Below are positions 9,740 through 18,231 of a stretch of DNA of 43,628 bases, piece by piece. Position numbers and translations under genes: made by a program. Source of the stretch: a virus; the IMG/VR virus record IMGVR_UViG_3300025195_000001; one strand, given 5' to 3'. The notes under the pieces were generated by a model that was not told where the DNA came from, ran no database searches, and worked only from the letters and a program-made list of their open reading frames with translations. Positions within the stretch are counted from its first letter, which is position 1, and every line of letters starts with the position of its first letter.

Positions 9740-10057
9740 ATGTCATTACCAAAATTAAACTGGGATCAGGAAATAAGAAATTTCTTGGGAACCTATTTTG
9801 AGCCTATTAGCTCACCGATCGAAGCCGACGAGGAAACTGAAAAACTTTCACTTTCTGTAGTTACTGATAGAATAAGAAGAATTTTACCGGGGCAATATAT
9901 CTACGAAGAGGACGTGTACGAAGCCTTACAGGAGTTAGGTTTTAAAATTTTCAGTTATACGACACCACCTAAAATTGATGAAGAAACTGGAAAAGAGATT
10001 TTTCCGGAGAAAACGGCGTATGCCTATTTTATGAATAAAAAAACAGCCGTTCTTTAA
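9740..10057 (+). CDS. Hypothetical protein
   Basis: 105-aa ORF that ends inside the bidirectional terminator hairpin. Confidence 0.5.
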   Translation: MSLPKLNWDQEIRNFLGTYFEPISSPIEADEETEKLSLSVVTDRIRRILPGQYIYEEDVYEALQELGFKIFSYTTPPKIDEETGKEIFPEKTAYAYFMNKKTAVL

Positions 10058-10072
10058 CGGCTGTTTTTTTTA
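10043..10072. terminator. Bidirectional intrinsic terminator between convergent genes
   Basis: acagccgtt-cttt-aacggctgt forms a 9-bp stem, flanked by an A-tract (10037..10042) and a T-tract (10065..10072). Confidence 0.75.
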
Positions 10073-10255
10073 TTAATCTTCTCTAGAAAAGAGTTTATCT
10101 TCTGCATTAATTCCAATCCATTTACCAGATAAATCTTCAATTTCTTCTAAATCGTAAATTTCCAAAAATTCAGAATTATCACCTCTAACTCCAACCTTGG
10201 TGTCTGCGGGATATTTCTTTAAAATATTTATTATTTGGTTTGCTGTCATATCCAA
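10073..10255 (-). CDS. Hypothetical protein
   Basis: 60-aa acidic ORF. No motif. Confidence 0.4.
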   Translation of the reverse strand: MDMTANQIINILKKYPADTKVGVRGDNSEFLEIYDLEEIEDLSGKWIGINAEDKLFSRED

Positions 10256-10301
10256 ATTTAAACATTTAATTTATATCCTATCTAATTTTAATATATTTGT
10301 A

Positions 10302-10395
10302 CGTCTCACTACAATAAATTAAAAAGCATACCTACAAGAAGGCTTTGCCCTCGAGTAGCAGGTATGCTTTTAATTCTTTAAATTGTGGTGAGACG
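10302..10395. other. Nested long stem-loop (candidate sRNA or complex terminator)
   Basis: The outer arms are cgtctcactacaat (10302..10315) and attgtggtgagacg (10382..10395). The inner arms are aaaagcatacct (10322..10333) and aggtatgctttt (10360..10371). A perfect plus-strand TATATTTG lies at 10292..10299. Confidence 0.4.
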
Positions 10396-10418
10396 CTTTT
10401 TATTGAGCTCGAGGGTTT

Positions 10419-11186
10419 TTATAGAAGATCCTCTATCTTCTGCAGGTCGATTTTATTTTGGTGTAGTTTCTTTTCTGTCCGGATTATTTGCTGATTAATT
10501 TTTCTAGCTTTCAGTTTATCGGTTTCTTTTTCTACATTATCTCGCCAAGCTTCCAAGCGTTTATTCATTTTATGGATCGAAGATTTTAAACTGGCTTTCT
10601 TCAATAAAAGCTTATGCGGATCCAATGCTGAAAAATCATTTTCCGTTTTTGTGGGCAGTAACGTTTTATGCGTTTGCCAATGGTCGAGTTCTTTCCAAAT
10701 GGTGGTTCTACGATCGTCTAAAGCTTCTATTTGTAACATTATCTCCAAAGCATCATCGTCGTATTTAGAATCTTCAGGAACTTCGAGTAGTGCGTAATGC
10801 AAATCGCACATATCATAGAATACATCTTTCAATAATCGAAACCTTATTTTAAGTTCCGGTGGTAGTTCACCGTATTTAATTTTCTGGAAGTAACTCTTCG
10901 CGCTATCTTCTTTTTGTTGCTTTCTGGTAAGCTCTAAATGAATAGCAGTATCGGTTTGCGGTAACTTTACCTTTTTAGGCTTGGTTTTAGTAGAAGTTGT
11001 GGTTTTTGTTAGCGGTAAATTTGCCTTTTTAAGCTTTCTTAGCTCACTAATCAATAAAGACATATTTCGATTGCTCTTGCCGCGTTTTAATTGCGTGAGC
11101 GTTCTATTTTTTGCATTTGGGGCGTTTTGGTAAAGTTCTACTCCCAAATTATAATCCATCGATGTGAACCAATCTTCTATTTTCAT
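10419..11186 (-). CDS. Hypothetical protein (basic, coiled-coil)
   Basis: 255-aa ORF preceded by the conserved 36-bp element. No motif recognised. Confidence 0.5.
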   Translation of the reverse strand: MKIEDWFTSMDYNLGVELYQNAPNAKNRTLTQLKRGKSNRNMSLLISELRKLKKANLPLTKTTTSTKTKPKKVKLPQTDTAIHLELTRKQQKEDSAKSYFQKIKYGELPPELKIRFRLLKDVFYDMCDLHYALLEVPEDSKYDDDALEIMLQIEALDDRRTTIWKELDHWQTHKTLLPTKTENDFSALDPHKLLLKKASLKSSIHKMNKRLEAWRDNVEKETDKLKARKINQQIIRTEKKLHQNKIDLQKIEDLL

Positions 11187-11213
11187 ATTACTAAACTCAG
11201 AAGATCGAGAGCC

Positions 11214-11249
11214 TTTAAAAAGGACATCTCGACTACGCTCGATACAGGC
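11214..11249 (-). promoter_or_regulatory. 36-bp conserved intergenic element, copy 2 (core TGTCCTTTTTAA)
   Basis: The plus strand reads tttaaaaaggacatctcgactacgctcgatacaggc. It ends 28 nt upstream of the ATG at 11186 and lies directly after a terminator hairpin. Confidence 0.5.
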
Positions 11250-11250
11250 A

Positions 11251-11280
11251 ATAAAAAAGCCACTACAAAATGCAGTGGCT
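11251..11280 (-). terminator. Intrinsic terminator after the 105-aa gene
   Basis: The stem agccact/agtggct (7 bp) has a 9-nt loop. On the minus strand it is followed by a T-tract (the plus-strand A-tract at 11253..11258). Confidence 0.6.
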
Positions 11281-11316
11281 TTTCCCTAACTAACCAATAA
11301 AACTTATGAAAAAAAA

Positions 11317-11634
11317 TTACGGGGTTTTTAAAGCATTCAACTTTGTCTCTTTTATTCGCTCTACAGTTTTAGTGTCGCTTAATTCAGAAAGTGTTTCCAC
11401 TTCTTCTACACTTCTTGCGTTCTGAATCATCTTGGCCACATCTTCGGCTACAAACTTTTGTTTTTTTAAATAGCCGAGTGACTCTTTATTCAATTTGATC
11501 CAAGGAAATATTTTTCTCGGAAGTCGATAAATAGCTAAAGCCTTTTCATCTGAAACTTCTTTGCTAAAGGTATTTACCTTACCAACTTTCGGGATATCAT
11601 ATTTCCCTGGTTCGATATCAAAATACTTACTCAT
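11317..11634 (-). CDS. Hypothetical protein
   Basis: 105-aa ORF in the late operon. No motif. Confidence 0.5.
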   Translation of the reverse strand: MSKYFDIEPGKYDIPKVGKVNTFSKEVSDEKALAIYRLPRKIFPWIKLNKESLGYLKKQKFVAEDVAKMIQNARSVEEVETLSELSDTKTVERIKETKLNALKTP

Positions 11635-11644
11635 TGCTTAATGA

Positions 11645-12223
11645 TTAAGTTTGAGGATCTGGCGCAGGGAATTCCTGAATGGTTCCTGCATATTCCGGAG
11701 CAGGATAGTTTTGGGTGTCCTGAAATTTAACTATTGTATTTTTGCTATCTCCCGCAGCTTGCCCAGAAGTTCCTGTAACCTCAATTAAATAAGCAGGTGA
11801 AAGTTCACTGCCTATTTGCTTCGTGTTACCACTGCGTTCTTTAACCATAATAATTAAAGGCATATTTTTATACTTTCTTAAAAATCCTGCCGTTTTTGCA
11901 CCAGTTCCCTGTAACGTACCGGTAAAAGAATTATTAAAGCTAATACTTCCTTTTTCTCCACCATGAGCAGTTTCTACCAAACCACTGTCGGGGTTTATAT
12001 ATACTTTAAAAAAGCCCCTGTCTAATTTAAAAACATGAGCGGCATCTATAGTCGCAATGTTTTCTAAATCTGTACCCGCAGTTAAATCGGCTGGTTTTTC
12101 TATAGTATCAAAATCTGCTACAGCAGCCACATACACACCTACTTCACTAACACCAGGTGCAAGTTCTGTATTGGGGCAGTAATCTAAATTTTCTAATGGT
12201 ATTGCATCTGTACAATCTGCCAT
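11645..12223 (-). CDS. Putative virion structural protein (major tail protein or head accessory)
   Basis: 192 aa, Gly/Thr/Ala-rich and beta-like in composition, two genes after the capsid gene. The function is inferred from position only. Confidence 0.4.
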   Translation of the reverse strand: MADCTDAIPLENLDYCPNTELAPGVSEVGVYVAAVADFDTIEKPADLTAGTDLENIATIDAAHVFKLDRGFFKVYINPDSGLVETAHGGEKGSISFNNSFTGTLQGTGAKTAGFLRKYKNMPLIIMVKERSGNTKQIGSELSPAYLIEVTGTSGQAAGDSKNTIVKFQDTQNYPAPEYAGTIQEFPAPDPQT

Positions 12224-12226
12224 ATC

Positions 12227-12640
12227 TTAATGTTTTTGAATTAAAAAATTTGAGTTACCATATACCAACTCGGCCATCACGTCTTTGGTTTGAAGAATTT
12301 CTTCTTGCGTCATCGGTTTGCCGTCGATGTTAATGGTTTTGGGAGCACTCTTTTTAAATTCCCACTTCAATCCGCGGTCGTCTTCAAATACGCTCGCAGC
12401 TTCTTTTTCTTTAGCTGAATTTTCTTCGTCCTCTTCACTTTCTTCTGAAGTTTCATTTACTGCTTCTTCTTCAGTTTCGGTTTCAGATTCAACTTCATTT
12501 TCTTCCGAAGCTTCTTCCTGTTTAGCGATCTCAGCTTCTTTAGTTTTTATTAAAGCTTTCAGCTCTTTATTGGTAAGATCTTCGGAGTAGTTTTCTACTC
12601 CGAGATCTTTACATTTTTCTAATAATTCTGCTTTTGTCAT
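12227..12640 (-). CDS. Acidic protein with an N-terminal HeH/Rho-N-like motif
   Basis: 137 aa. The N-terminus MTKAELLEKCKDLGV...NKELKALI resembles HeH/SAP-type helix-extension-helix motifs, and the central stretch is rich in Glu and Ser. Confidence 0.45.
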   Translation of the reverse strand: MTKAELLEKCKDLGVENYSEDLTNKELKALIKTKEAEIAKQEEASEENEVESETETEEEAVNETSEESEEDEENSAKEKEAASVFEDDRGLKWEFKKSAPKTINIDGKPMTQEEILQTKDVMAELVYGNSNFLIQKH

Positions 12641-12657
12641 CTAACTAGATTTTTAGA

Positions 12658-13683
12658 TTATGGTGCAGGAGTTACACCATCAATACCGTAGTAAAGTTGG
12701 TTCTTTTCTAACTTACCTAAACCGTAAGTGGTATCTGCATAGTTTGCAACACAAACTAATTCTTCGATTAAGAAATCGTAACCTTTCCAGAATTCCATAA
12801 AAGTTTTTACTTTATAGTCTTGCTTCTGTACATCGGTAATTTTTGGCTCATCAAAAACATCGATCAATCTACGGAAGTTGTTTTCGGTAGTTCCGAAAAG
12901 ATCATCAGTTTCCATATCTGGAATTGAAACAATCTCACGTTTTCCTAAACGAGTTTTTAAAACATCGCTTTGGAATTTATTTTGACCGAATTTCTCCTCG
13001 TAATCTAAAATGTAACGCTCTACGTTGTTTTCGCTCATAAAGACCTTTTTGATCTTTCTTTTTAATTTAGAAGGAATCTTTCTTTCCCAAGCCGTTACCT
13101 GATCAACAATGTTAGTATCGGTTAAGGCATTGATAGGAATTTTAAACGGAGTAGGAGTCTTCATGTCAGCATCAACCACGGCGGCTTTCATATCTGCAAG
13201 AAGTTTTACAATACCGTTCATAGAATATCCAAATTCATCTAAACGAGCAGGATCAAATACTCCATTTACACTTAACCAACCCATATTTTCGATCACTTTT
13301 GGTAAAAGTTCATTATCGATAATATATTTGGAAATCGGCATATCTTCCGGCTTCTTATCTTCTGCATATAATTCAGCAAAATAAGAGCTCAAGATTTCAG
13401 CAGGGATAATTGCAAAATTTACTTTTTGATGGTAATTCTGAAGAATTTTGTGTTTGATTCTCATTTCTCCCAACTCGTTCCACTCAGTACTAAAACCTTG
13501 CACTACATCTGTAAGCAAAGTATGCGCTTGAGGATATTTACCTTTTACCTTCGTTAAAGGTTTGGTGTGTTTGTCTAAAGGAATTTCTGCACGGTTAATC
13601 GCTGCAGAGATTAATTTAGGGTTGTTAACTAAGAATGTATTTAATTCTTTAACAACGTCGTCTATTAAAATAGTTTCTGCCAT
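12658..13683 (-). CDS. Major capsid protein
   Basis: 341 aa, immediately downstream of the protease/scaffold gene with a 1-nt gap. Size and position are typical. Any resemblance to P2 GpN-type capsids is unverified. Confidence 0.65.
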   Translation of the reverse strand: MAETILIDDVVKELNTFLVNNPKLISAAINRAEIPLDKHTKPLTKVKGKYPQAHTLLTDVVQGFSTEWNELGEMRIKHKILQNYHQKVNFAIIPAEILSSYFAELYAEDKKPEDMPISKYIIDNELLPKVIENMGWLSVNGVFDPARLDEFGYSMNGIVKLLADMKAAVVDADMKTPTPFKIPINALTDTNIVDQVTAWERKIPSKLKRKIKKVFMSENNVERYILDYEEKFGQNKFQSDVLKTRLGKREIVSIPDMETDDLFGTTENNFRRLIDVFDEPKITDVQKQDYKVKTFMEFWKGYDFLIEELVCVANYADTTYGLGKLEKNQLYYGIDGVTPAP

Positions 13684-13684
13684 T

Positions 13685-15007
13685 TTATTTTACGTCTTTA
13701 TAGATTGATGAATCAAGGTTTAGGTAAGCAAACTCACCTTCTTCGTCTTCCTGGGCTCCACCTGTGGTATGGGTTGCTCCCGGTTTACCATTAAGCACTT
13801 CAATTTGTGCGGTAAGTGCTGTGGCGATGTCTTCTGCAGAAGCGTCTTCTGCTAAATTTTCTACACCGGCTAAAGTGGCAGCATCACGTAAATTTTGAGT
13901 GGCTGCAGCAACTTTTGCCGTTTCTGCATCTACTGCTTTTTTACGCTCGTCTTTTTCTGTAGCCAGATTATCTTCTGCCTTTTTTTGCGCATCTTGTGCG
14001 GTTTTGATTTTTTCGGCATTTGGAGCAAGTGCAGCTTCTAAACTGTCTAACTGCTCGTCATTTAGATACGTGCCTTTTTCTGAGTTAGCTAAAGGGCTTT
14101 CTAAACCTAAAGCATTCTCAATATTAGGACGTGAGTTTTGTTTACTCATAGTATTAGTGGAATTTGAATTTGTTTTGTCTAATGCGAATACACGATCAAC
14201 GGCATCTTGTAGAGTTCCTAAAGAATCGACTAAACCTTTTTCTTTCGCTTCGGGACCAGGATAAGTTGCGCCTTTAAAAACTTCGTCTTTAATGTTTGGG
14301 CGAGTTTCTTTAATGTCGGCAATAAAATTGTCTACAAGCGGGTTAAGGTCTTCTTTGATGTAAGTTTTGTAATTACCTTCTAGAATGTCGCGGTAAGATT
14401 TGTTCTTTTCAGAACTTTGATCGGCGTAAAGCGTGTGCACTTTTGCACCTTTACTTTCGTAGAAACCGGTTAAATCTAAAAATTGAGCATACGCGCCAAT
14501 GCTACCAATTGCTTCAGCTCTTTTGTTGGCAATAATTTCTTTAGATCCTGAAGCAAAATAATATGCAGCAGAACAAAGTAAACCATCGGTATAAGTAACA
14601 ACCGGTTTTGGGTAGTTTAAAATATAATCTCTAAATTCTGGCGTTCCGTAAGCTTGGCCACCACCACTATCTACATCTAAAACAACACCTGCAACTTGAT
14701 CGTTAGTTTTTAAACGATCCATTACTTGCTGATGAAATTTAGTTCCTCGTGGTCCGCACTCTTGGCTGTATTTGTAAATAGGTGTTTTAATACTTATTAC
14801 AGATACAAATTTTTGAGCGCTTTCTTCTTCACCAGAATAAATACCCATCGAATTCATTTTTGTAAACTCTGGGCGTTTCTTATCGGTAGATTTTATTTCC
14901 AGACTTTTACCGTCTAGTATTCCAAACAAAAGCGGTAGATGACTCATACCGTAATTCTGTTCGATATACCAAGGTCGGTTAAAAAGACTGTGTAGATTAG
15001 AAATCAT
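13685..15007 (-). CDS. Prohead protease (peptidase S49/SppA-like) fused to a coiled-coil scaffold-like C-terminus
   Basis: 440 aa with GVVLDVDSGGGQAYG and LCSAAYYFASG (S49/ClpP-fold serine motif context). The C-terminal ~150 aa are Ala/Glu/Lys-rich and helical. Confidence 0.8.
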   Translation of the reverse strand: MISNLHSLFNRPWYIEQNYGMSHLPLLFGILDGKSLEIKSTDKKRPEFTKMNSMGIYSGEEESAQKFVSVISIKTPIYKYSQECGPRGTKFHQQVMDRLKTNDQVAGVVLDVDSGGGQAYGTPEFRDYILNYPKPVVTYTDGLLCSAAYYFASGSKEIIANKRAEAIGSIGAYAQFLDLTGFYESKGAKVHTLYADQSSEKNKSYRDILEGNYKTYIKEDLNPLVDNFIADIKETRPNIKDEVFKGATYPGPEAKEKGLVDSLGTLQDAVDRVFALDKTNSNSTNTMSKQNSRPNIENALGLESPLANSEKGTYLNDEQLDSLEAALAPNAEKIKTAQDAQKKAEDNLATEKDERKKAVDAETAKVAAATQNLRDAATLAGVENLAEDASAEDIATALTAQIEVLNGKPGATHTTGGAQEDEEGEFAYLNLDSSIYKDVK

Positions 15008-15067
15008 TAATTGCGATTCAATTAGATACTATTATTGAATCACAATATTATAAGTGAAGTAAGCGCG

Positions 15068-15078
15068 TTAAAAGGACA
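15068..15078 (-). promoter_or_regulatory. TGTCCTTTTAA core motif
   Basis: The plus strand reads ttaaaaggaca, 61 nt upstream of the protease ATG at 15007. Confidence 0.35.
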
Positions 15079-15642
15079 TTACAATGAACCGGCCAACGGG
15101 AAGGCAAGACCTTGAATAATTGGGTTGCTTCCAATTTCTTCGGGAGTAAAGTAAACAGGCGCTCCATAGGTGTCGCCGTCTAATTGTATGTTATAACCTT
15201 TTAGTCCGGCAGGGGTTGGGTTGTTCATTTCTTCAAAAGTAAAGAGTAGGGGTTGCATCGAGGTTCCGTACAATCTACCGGACCGGTATTTTCTTAAAAA
15301 GGCAATGACCAGTCTGTTGTTGTAGCTTTCTAACAATTGCAGCAAAGCTTCATCTTGTGGCAGTAAAGGGAAGTCTATTTTGTTTTGCCACGTTTTACGA
15401 TGGTTAGAAATACGTGTTTTTGCATCTACGCTATGTTTTTCAGGTATTAGCGGGATTCGCATTGCTTGAAAATCTTCGGGCAAGGAGTTGAGTATTTGCA
15501 GAATATTGGTGTTGCTGTCTAAGTGATTAAACTTCGGAAGTTGTGAAGCTTCGATAATATTTATATGATGAAAAGTATCAAAATTTTCATCGCTGTACAG
15601 GTTGCATAAATCGTAAATCATAAATAAATATTTTAGGGACAA
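15079..15642 (-). CDS. Hypothetical protein
   Basis: 187-aa ORF, second gene of the late operon. No motif. Confidence 0.5.
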   Translation of the reverse strand: MSLKYLFMIYDLCNLYSDENFDTFHHINIIEASQLPKFNHLDSNTNILQILNSLPEDFQAMRIPLIPEKHSVDAKTRISNHRKTWQNKIDFPLLPQDEALLQLLESYNNRLVIAFLRKYRSGRLYGTSMQPLLFTFEEMNNPTPAGLKGYNIQLDGDTYGAPVYFTPEEIGSNPIIQGLAFPLAGSL

Positions 15643-15675
15643 TTTTCGAGGGCTCGAAAATTGTCCCAGTTGGTT

Positions 15676-16140
15676 TTAAGCACTTAATTTTTCTTCGTAA
15701 TCGTCTTTTTTTCTCTTAAAATCTCGATGCAGCGTTTCTAATTTTATGTCTTCTTCGGTGATGTCGTAAATGGTAAGGAAGCTTTTTAAGCTTTTTAAAA
15801 AATGCTTTTTGTCTTGATCTTTATTAATAAGCATATGCACAAAAATTTCATCTCTAAATAGTTTGTCGATCTGGTCATTAAAAAGCTGAGCATTTACCTC
15901 ACTAATGTGTACTCCCGTTTTATCGTATAAACTGTAAGGAACTTTTACGCTAAAAATTTTAGAGTATTTTCTGGTCTTAGAATATTTTACATCGGTATTG
16001 CGACCGTGAAGCGATAATATTAAACTACCGATAAAGTTGGTGCGTGAAGCTTCAATAGCATCAGATCCGCAGCGTTTGAGTAGGAATTTGTACACGTGAT
16101 CTGCGACAGGAATGTGTTGCGTGATAGAGTAGTCTGCCAT
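15676..16140 (-). CDS. Hypothetical protein (first gene after the large non-coding hub)
   Basis: 154-aa ORF. A TATATTTA -7-like box (plus-strand taaatata, 16159..16166) lies about 20 nt upstream of its ATG. Confidence 0.5.
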   Translation of the reverse strand: MADYSITQHIPVADHVYKFLLKRCGSDAIEASRTNFIGSLILSLHGRNTDVKYSKTRKYSKIFSVKVPYSLYDKTGVHISEVNAQLFNDQIDKLFRDEIFVHMLINKDQDKKHFLKSLKSFLTIYDITEEDIKLETLHRDFKRKKDDYEEKLSA

Positions 16141-16270
16141 GTGATGAGAAATTACGTGTAAATATAAGTAAAAAATCCAATGACAAAATAAGAATTTATT
16201 AACGTTATTACTAGGGTTTTGAATTTTAAAGGTGGAATTTATATTCTTTTTTTTAAATAATTAAAAAACA

Positions 16271-16310
16271 TCAAATACCCTCAATAACCGTCAAAAACCC
16301 TCAATAACCG
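16271..16310. repeat. Tandem 20-bp direct repeat (iteron-like)
   Basis: tcaaataccctcaataaccg is followed by tcaaaaaccctcaataaccg (19/20 identical) and then a degenerate third unit. Confidence 0.85.
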
Positions 16311-16515
16311 CCAATTTCCCAAACTGTATTTGAGTATGTTGTATCATTGCTTTAAAATTTAACAGAAAAACCCGTAACAGTATTTGAGTAATTTCATTAT
16401 ATGAGTGTATGAACCTATTTTACAAACAATAAATGGTAGTTGTAAACATACAGATTGTTTATAACTAGTGACATATCTGGGAACCAAATCAAAAAAAGGG
16501 TAAACAATTTATTCT

Positions 16516-16695
16516 TAATTTTGAAGGATAGGTATGAGAATAAATTTTTAAGTGTGCATAACTCTTTAAAAACAGGGAGATGCTAAAAAATGAGTGCTTT
16601 GATTTTATTCTTAAATTTGAAATATGAAATCCTTGGTAATAGGATATCCAAGGTTGAAATAAAAAAGCCGAGAACGGGAATTCTCGACTTTCATT
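16516..16695 (+). ncRNA. Candidate plus-strand small RNA(s)
   Basis: Two perfect TAnnTTTG boxes sit inside a duplicated tttattcttaa(t/a)tttgaa motif (16516..16523 TAATTTTG, 16612..16619 TAAATTTG). They are followed by the hairpin ccttgg/ccaagg (16631..16653) and a weak terminator-like hairpin cgagaa/ttctcg (16669..16686) with T-rich sequence after it. No ORF longer than 15 codons. Confidence 0.3.
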
Positions 16696-16804
16696 TATTA
16701 ACTCCTGTAAATTTCTGGAAATATGGAGTCGGTTATAATTTTGATTCTATCATTGGCTTGCCTCCTTGACAAGCTAATCGAATTACGACAAAAGTAATTC
16801 TAAC

Positions 16805-16833
16805 AACCCATTTGCGATGCAGGTGGGTTTTTT
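16805..16833 (+). terminator. Terminator-like hairpin with a T-tract on the plus strand
   Basis: The stem aaccca/tgggtt has a 13-nt loop and is followed by ttttt. Confidence 0.35.
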
Positions 16834-16971
16834 ATGGTTTGTTCCATAGAACAAAAATATATAATTTTTTTTATATTATATAAAAATTCTTTTATCAAAA
16901 GCAAATAGAGTTTTGATTAAAAATTTATCCCATCGAACTTTTTCGTGGTTCTGGAGGTTTCTTCATTGATG

Positions 16972-17694
16972 TTATTTTGGCAAGATCACACTTTTAGAAT
17001 TGGTATCAATGTCTTGAGAGTAAAAGTTAGGAACGGTATGTTCTTTAAAATCTTCATTAATAAATGCGTGCGGAATAAACTCTTCGATTTGTTTTTGGGT
17101 AAGATTTGGGTTAAGCCATTCGCCTTCCACTTCTGGATCTAGAACTAAGGGCATTCGCTTTTTCTTATTGTGTACATATTTAAAAAAGTCGTTGGCTTCT
17201 GTGGTGAGCAGCGTTACCGAAAATTCGGTATCTCCATCCATATCGATATCGCCATTGCCAATTTTGTTGTAAAGACCGGCAAACGCAAATAATTGATGAT
17301 CGGGTAAATAACAATATTTTGGTTCTGCTTTTCCTTTAAAATTATTGTCTGGATAGTGCGGTTCAAAAAAACCATCGGCAATAATTAAACAACGTCTGTG
17401 TAGCGCAGGATCTTTATAGGTTTTCTTTTGAAATACTTCTTCGCCTTTAGCATTCCAAGTTTTGTATTTGGAGTTTCTAAACTTTTCGATGTTGTTTTCG
17501 CTCCACTTCGGTATTAAGCCCCATTCCATCGGGTAGATGTGTTGCGGGTCCTCCATCGGGATGCAATACAGATTTGGGTACATATAACCGGCAGCAAAAT
17601 AATAAGGTTCGTAAAGCTCCGGGATAAGCATCGTAGCTTCAAAACGCTCTACGATCTGTTTTTCGGGTTTGGTGTTGGATGCGATATAGCACAT
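16972..17694 (-). CDS. SOS-response-associated peptidase (SRAP/YedK/HMCES family, abasic-site-binding protein)
   Basis: 240 aa starting MC (catalytic Cys2), with RRCLIIADGFFEP, FAFAGLY and RMPLVL, which match the conserved SRAP blocks. Confidence 0.9.
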   Translation of the reverse strand: MCYIASNTKPEKQIVERFEATMLIPELYEPYYFAAGYMYPNLYCIPMEDPQHIYPMEWGLIPKWSENNIEKFRNSKYKTWNAKGEEVFQKKTYKDPALHRRCLIIADGFFEPHYPDNNFKGKAEPKYCYLPDHQLFAFAGLYNKIGNGDIDMDGDTEFSVTLLTTEANDFFKYVHNKKKRMPLVLDPEVEGEWLNPNLTQKQIEEFIPHAFINEDFKEHTVPNFYSQDIDTNSKSVILPK

Positions 17695-17734
17695 AAAAGT
17701 TAGTTTGTGCTAAATATAAAAAAAATGCTAACAT

Positions 17735-17792
17735 CGAATATCACAAATAAACGTATGTAAATGCTTACAAACTTTTTTACTTGTGATATTCG
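17735..17792. promoter_or_regulatory. 12-bp perfect inverted repeat upstream of the SRAP gene
   Basis: cgaatatcacaa (17735..17746) and ttgtgatattcg (17781..17792) are 34 bp apart. A TATATTTA box (plus-strand taaatata, 17711..17718) lies between the repeat and the ATG. Confidence 0.45.
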
Positions 17793-17795
17793 GTA

Positions 17796-17908
17796 GTTGT
17801 GTCGCAATATGCTTTTGCCTTTGCGCTTAAAGATAGATAAAAGCAGGGCGTATATCAGCACGCAGTCCGCCGCTATTTAAAAGCAAACTGCGCACAACAA
17901 TGTATAAC
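17796..17908. repeat. Intergenic cassette A (mosaic family)
   Basis: Its ends gttgtgtcgca and tgcgcacaac can pair. It shares gcctttgcgc with B and C, and gcttaaagataga and gcgtatatc with F. It ends with gtataac. Confidence 0.55.
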
Positions 17909-17953
17909 AACAATGCGTCTCCTGGATAAATGAAAATGCTAGTCTTTATTTTT

Positions 17954-18157
17954 TTAGCTAAATAAACATTTCCCTTCAAGCTTAGTTATTTTTTGAATAA
18001 TAGCTTTTCTTTTTTGTTTTTCTAAGACCTTATTTACTAATTCAGGTATTTTCTCTATATTTTCATCTGTATAAAAAACACCTCCACCTTGGTTAATATT
18101 TCCTGTAGTTCCGTCAGGCATAATAGCTAATTTAATGTAATCTACTTTGTAACTCAT
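17954..18157 (-). CDS. Hypothetical protein
   Basis: 67-aa ORF flanked by cassettes A and B. Confidence 0.45.
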   Translation of the reverse strand: MSYKVDYIKLAIMPDGTTGNINQGGGVFYTDENIEKIPELVNKVLEKQKRKAIIQKITKLEGKCLFS

Positions 18158-18231
18158 AATTTCTAGTTTTAAATCGCCAAAAAAATGTAATGGCTTTGTT
18201 ATTAATTTATTTTTCGTGCCGTAGCACAGTT

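Noticed and set aside
12318-12590. Plus-strand 90-aa ORF, and similar plus-strand ORFs at 13109..13384, 13899..14264, 38130..38402, 38432..38635 and 39465..39695
   Set aside because: These are antisense shadow ORFs inside well-supported minus-strand genes (acidic protein, capsid, protease/scaffold, tape measure). Their Ser/Leu/Phe-rich low-complexity translations mirror Glu/Lys/Ala-rich coding on the other strand.
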